DNA of 29,650 bases, from NCBI GenBank assembly GCA_031364845.1, contig JANLWX010000170.1, positions 1 to 29,650 of the forward strand. Direction: 5' to 3'. Source of the stretch: Candidatus Eiseniibacteriota bacterium (GTDB lineage Bacteria; Eisenbacteria; RBG-16-71-46). Position numbers and translations under genes: made by a program. Of the stretch, positions 25,696 to 29,650 are shown one piece after another. Numbering within the stretch: the first letter of the stretch is position 1; each line of letters begins with the position of its first letter. Below the pieces are notes generated by a model, which worked only from the letters and a program-made list of their open reading frames with translations, did no database searches and was not told the DNA's origin.

Positions 25696-27891
25696 CTAGC
25701 GGCGTCCGCGATCCCGGCCGCCACGCTCCCCGCGATCGCCGCGTCCGTAACCGCCACCGCCACTGCGCTCGCCACTGCCCGCTCCGGCACCGGCGGGCAC
25801 ACCACCCTCGGGCTCGGGAAGCAGTGCCTTGCGCGACAGACGAATCTTGCCGTCACGATCCACCCCGATCACCTTCACCGTCACGATGTCGCCGACGTTC
25901 AGCACGTCTTCGGTCTTCGCGACGCGGTGGTGGTCGATCTCGGAGATGTGCAGCAGGCCATCGCGGCCGGGCACGATTTCGACGAACGCGCCGAACGTGA
26001 CCACGCTGCGGACCTTGCCCTGATAGATGCGGCCCGGCTCCGGATCCTCGGTGATGTTGCGGATCATCTCCTCGGCGCGGCGGCTGCCTTCCTGATTCAC
26101 AGCCGCGATGCGCACTTCACCCGAATCGTCGATGTCGATCTGGGTGCCGGTCTCCTCGGTGATGCGTTTGATGATCTTGCCACCGGGGCCGATGATTTCG
26201 CGGATCTTGTCCGGATTGATCGTGACGATCGTGATGCGCGGCGCAAACGGCGACATCTCCGTGCGCGACGCCGACAACGTCTCGTTCATCTTGCCGAGGA
26301 TGAACAGCCGCCCCTGGCGCGCGCGCTCGAGCGCGTCGGCCATCACCTGGAAGCTGATGCCACCGATCTTCGTGTCCATCTGGAAGGCGGTGACGCCGTC
26401 CTTGGTGCCGGTCACCTTGAAGTCCATGTCGCCGAGATGATCTTCGACGCCGAGGATGTCGGTAAGCACGGCAACCTTGTCGCCTTCCTTGATCAGACCC
26501 ATCGCGATGCCCGCGACCGGCGCCTTGATCGGCACGCCCGCGTCCATCAGCGACAGCGAGCCCGCGCAGACCGTCGCCATCGACGAGCTGCCGTTGGACT
26601 CGAGGATGTCGCTCACGATGCGGATCGTGTAGGGGAAGTGGCCCTCGGCCGGGATCACCGGCTCGATCGCGCGCTCGGCGAGCGCGCCGTGGCCGATTTC
26701 ACGCCGGCCCGGGCCGCGAATCGGACGCACTTCGCCGACCGAGAACGGCGGGAAGTTGTAGTGCAGCATGTACGACTTCCACGACTGGCCCTCGAGCTCC
26801 TCGACGCGCTGCTCGTCACTCTTCGTGCCGAGCGTCGCCACGCCGATCGCCTGGGTCTCGCCGCGGGTGAACAGACACGATCCGTGCGTGCGCGGAAGCA
26901 CGCCGACTTCGATCGTGATCGGTCGGATGTCGTTCACGCCACGGCCGTCGGTGCGGACACCGCGGTCCAAGATCATCGTGCGCAGTTCGTCGCGCTCGAA
27001 GTCGTGAATGATCTTGCCGATGTAGTTCGCCTGATCCGCGAACCGCTCGGACAGCGCCGCGACGGCGGCGGCATTGATCGCATCGATCTCTTCCTGGCGC
27101 GCTTCCTTGCCCGGGATCGCGATCGCATCACGCACACGGCCACGGTAGGCGGATTCCAGCTCACCCCGCAGCGCGGAAGTATCCGCCGGCGGCACCAGCG
27201 CGCGCTTGGTCTTGCCCGAACGCGCCACCAGCTCGTTCTGCACCACGACGATGCGGCGGATCTGCTCCATGGCGAACTGCAGCGCCTGGATCATGTCCTG
27301 CTCGCCGATCTCGCGGCAGCCGCCTTCGACCATGATGATGTTCTCGGCGGTGCCCGCGACCACCATGTCCATGTCGCTCTCTTCGAGCTGGCTCACGGTC
27401 GGCATCACGACGAACGCGCCTTCGACGCGTGCGACCCGCACGGCAGCGACCGGCTCGGGGAACGGAATGTCGGACAGGCACATCGACGCCGAGGCGCCGA
27501 TCAACGCCAGCACGTCGGCGTCGTTCTCCTGGTCCGAGGACATCACGGTCGCCATGATCTGCGTCTCGTACGGAAACTGCTTCGAGAACAGCGGACGGAT
27601 CGGGCGGTCGATGAGCCGTGAGCTCAGGACTTCCTTCTCGGTCGGACGGCCTTCACGCTTGAAGAAGCCGCCGGGAATCTTGCCCGCGGCGTACGTGCGC
27701 TCGCGGTAGTCGACGGTGAGCGGGACGAAATCGCGATTCGGACTGGCATTCTTCGCCGCACTCGACGCCACCAGCACGATCGTGTCGCCCAAACGGACCA
27801 ACGCCGATCCGCCTGCGAGCTTCGCCATCTTTCCCGTGCTGATCGTAAGGGTCTGACCCCCGAGTTCCAGTTCTACCTTCTGCTCTTGCAT
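25696..27891 (-). CDS. pnp: Polyribonucleotide nucleotidyltransferase (PNPase)
   Basis: PLTVDYRE, GKIPGGFFKREGRP, RLIDRPIRPLF, FTRGETQ, ESNGSSSMA and GDMDFKV motifs, plus KH and S1 domains. Confidence 0.98.
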   Translation of the reverse strand: MQEQKVELELGGQTLTISTGKMAKLAGGSALVRLGDTIVLVASSAAKNASPNRDFVPLTVDYRERTYAAGKIPGGFFKREGRPTEKEVLSSRLIDRPIRPLFSKQFPYETQIMATVMSSDQENDADVLALIGASASMCLSDIPFPEPVAAVRVARVEGAFVVMPTVSQLEESDMDMVVAGTAENIIMVEGGCREIGEQDMIQALQFAMEQIRRIVVVQNELVARSGKTKRALVPPADTSALRGELESAYRGRVRDAIAIPGKEARQEEIDAINAAAVAALSERFADQANYIGKIIHDFERDELRTMILDRGVRTDGRGVNDIRPITIEVGVLPRTHGSCLFTRGETQAIGVATLGTKSDEQRVEELEGQSWKSYMLHYNFPPFSVGEVRPIRGPGRREIGHGALAERAIEPVIPAEGHFPYTIRIVSDILESNGSSSMATVCAGSLSLMDAGVPIKAPVAGIAMGLIKEGDKVAVLTDILGVEDHLGDMDFKVTGTKDGVTAFQMDTKIGGISFQVMADALERARQGRLFILGKMNETLSASRTEMSPFAPRITIVTINPDKIREIIGPGGKIIKRITEETGTQIDIDDSGEVRIAAVNQEGSRRAEEMIRNITEDPEPGRIYQGKVRSVVTFGAFVEIVPGRDGLLHISEIDHHRVAKTEDVLNVGDIVTVKVIGVDRDGKIRLSRKALLPEPEGGVPAGAGAGSGERSGGGGYGRGDRGERGGRDRGRR

Positions 27892-28049
27892 CAACGTATC
27901 TCCCTGCCTCTCGCATCGCCCGGCCCTCGCCGCGGCGCCTCTTGTCGCAAACCCGGCACACGGTGCCGGGTCGCGTTACGCGGGAACCAATGCCCGCGTG
28001 ATTGGAACGCGGGCCGCCTTGGCCCGCGCCCCCGTATCCGGTCCTGCAC

Positions 28050-28319
28050 CTAGCGGCGCAGACCCAGGTCCTTGACGACCTTGCGGTACCGGTCGACCTT
28101 GGTTGCCTTGAGATAGTCCAGCAGCCGACGGCGCTGTCCTACCATCCGCAGCAGACCCCGCCGCGAGGCGTGGTCCCGCTTGTGCACCTTGAAATGCTCC
28201 GTGAGGTACTGAATCTTCTCGGTGAGAAGGGCGATCTGCACCTCCGGCGAACCGGAATCACCCTCATGGAGCTTGAACTTCCCGATGATCCCCTGCTTCT
28301 GCTCCTTGGAGAGCGTCAC
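28050..28319 (-). CDS. rpsO: 30S ribosomal protein S15
   Basis: [13 protein letters not shown]...[25 protein letters not shown]...LGLRR, 89 aa from GTG 28319. SD GGAGGTGA. Confidence 0.98.
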   Translation of the reverse strand: MTLSKEQKQGIIGKFKLHEGDSGSPEVQIALLTEKIQYLTEHFKVHKRDHASRRGLLRMVGQRRRLLDYLKATKVDRYRKVVKDLGLRR

Positions 28320-28433
28320 AGCGGTCACCTCCTGCATGGATTGTGAGCAACCGGGCCCGGCCACCGAGTGCAAGTTCTCGCGTGCCCGAGCGGGAATGGA
28401 TTGTTCTTCGCCTGAGTGACGAGGCGACCCGGC

Positions 28434-28463
28434 AATCTACCACGCGGATGGGTTTTCGGGCAA
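28434..28463 (-). promoter_or_regulatory. sigma70-type promoter for rpsO-pnp
   Basis: TTGCCC-N18-TAGATT with an extended TG. Confidence 0.55.
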
Positions 28464-28648
28464 TCCGTGACGCGAGGCCGTTTGCCCACCGGACTTGGCG
28501 GCAACATCGCTCAGAATCCACGGCACGACCTGCCTAAGGTGCTAGCGAAACGCCGCTTAACTTCGGCGAACCCTTGATGCCCTCGTTCCAGCGTTCCGCT
28601 TGGCCGGCCTGGAAGTTCCGTTTACCCGGCGCATCCCCACTTACCGCC

Positions 28649-29350
28649 CTACTGAGCGCGCCATCGCTGCATCTGCGCGACTTCTTGCTTCTGGGCGACG
28701 ATGATGCCCTGAGCCAACTTCCTGATCTCTGCGTGGGTTGCTCTTGACCGGGCATGCTCGGCCATCATGATCGCGCCTGCGTGATGAGGAATCATCATGC
28801 CGATGAAACGCCCTTCGTAGTCGGCGCCTTTCTGACCCAGATGCTTGACCATCATGTCGTTCATCATCGACGTGTGGCTCATCATCTCGCTCGAGTTCGC
28901 CATTCCGTTCGGGGAGTTCACGCCATACCACTTCGCGCGCCACTCCTTCATCTGGTCGATCTCCTTCTGCTGTCCCGCGATGATGCTTTCGGCCAGTTTC
29001 AGCAATTCCGGCCGCGTCGCTTCACGCTGCGCGTTTTTCGCCATCATGATGGCCCCTTCGTGATGTGGAATCATCATGTCGATGAAGCGGTGATCGAACA
29101 GGGAATCTCCCTCTCCGAGTCCGCGCACCATCATGTCGTTCATCATCGACATGTTCTTCTCCATGTCGTCGGACATCATCATGCCGCCGGACATGGTTGC
29201 GCTGTCGCCATGCCCCGCCATGGCGCCGCTCTGCATCGTCGTGTCGCTGGCGCCCGGAGACATCGCGTCCGAGGTCGCGTGTTCGTTGCTGCCCTTTGCA
29301 CAGCCACTCGCAATGATTGCCAGTGTGGCCAGAACAAGCATTCTTTTCAT
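28649..29350 (-). CDS. DUF305 (CopM-like) Met/His-rich copper-binding lipoprotein
   Basis: Lipobox IASG-C and two FIxMMIPHHxGAIMMA...II..Q..E..QM..W repeats. Lies downstream of a Cu-type ATPase. SD GGAGG. Confidence 0.88.
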   Translation of the reverse strand: MKRMLVLATLAIIASGCAKGSNEHATSDAMSPGASDTTMQSGAMAGHGDSATMSGGMMMSDDMEKNMSMMNDMMVRGLGEGDSLFDHRFIDMMIPHHEGAIMMAKNAQREATRPELLKLAESIIAGQQKEIDQMKEWRAKWYGVNSPNGMANSSEMMSHTSMMNDMMVKHLGQKGADYEGRFIGMMIPHHAGAIMMAEHARSRATHAEIRKLAQGIIVAQKQEVAQMQRWRAQ

Positions 29351-29386
29351 TTCATTTCCTCCGTGAGTTGTGTGTTCAGATTTCTA

Positions 29387-29650
29387 CTAGCCTGCACGCG
29401 CCCCATCTGACTTCGGCGCGGCGGCCTCGTTTGGTTCCCGACTTGCTGTCGCATCGGCCTGACGAACACCTGTGAGACGGGTGCGCTTGAGCAGCAGCGC
29501 ATTGATCGCCACCACGAGCGTACTGCCGGACATCGACAGCGCGGCGACCTCCGGACTCAACACGAACGGGTACAGGACGCCGGCAGCGAGCGGGAACGCG
29601 ATCACGTTGTAGCCCACCGCCCACCAAAGATTCTGGTGCATCTTTCGCAG
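29387..29650 (-). CDS. 3' end (partial) of a heavy-metal P1B-type ATPase, copper type
   Basis: [19 protein letters not shown]...[19 protein letters not shown], i.e. the YN and MSxST transmembrane motifs. Confidence 0.9.
   Translation of the reverse strand: MRKMHQNLWWAVGYNVIAFPLAAGVLYPFVLSPEVAALSMSGSTLVVAINALLLKRTRLTGVRQADATASREPNEAAAPKSDGARAG

Noticed and set aside
25615..27621. 668-aa plus-strand ORF
   Set aside because: Antisense to pnp, with no recognisable domain.
1..29650. Mobile elements, tRNA/rRNA genes, defence systems
   Set aside because: No transposase, integrase, nuclease or RNA-gene signatures were recognised by eye.

Overview
GC-rich bacterial chromosomal segment. Secreted proteins with T9SS/FlgD-like C-terminal domains and an FCB-type GlmU-like protein suggest the FCB superphylum, possibly Ca. 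Eisenbacteria; this is inference only. Left to right the window holds: (1) the 3' end of a formate-dehydrogenase-type Mo/W-bisPGD catalytic subunit, coupled to a single NuoE-NuoF-Fe-S-wire fusion gene; (2) a twin double-hairpin repeat with compensatory substitutions; (3) aspartate kinase, apparently leaderless and with an internal beta-subunit start; (4) a secreted double FG-GAP propeller protein; (5) a galT-like + glgA unit with its own promoter; (6) a large envelope/glycan region: methyltransferase, GlmU-like protein, SPOR lipoprotein, ManC, a GT4 lacking its EX7E glutamates, a GT2, and a candidate sigma54-driven operon DUF3108 - DHS-fold protein - GT2 - DUF2304 - flippase-like protein - Wzx; (7) a DapL-type aminotransferase; (8) a secreted FlgD/T9SS-like protein; (9) the conserved rpsO-pnp-M16 peptidase block; (10) the end of a copper locus (P1B ATPase plus CopM-like DUF305). 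I saw no rRNA, tRNA, CRISPR array or transposase. The best candidates for new biology are the sigma54-type lipid-linked glycosylation operon containing an uncharacterised DHS-fold enzyme, the split and permuted FDH with a fused electron wire, and the covarying hairpin repeat upstream of lysC. All calls come from reading motifs by eye; no searches were run.
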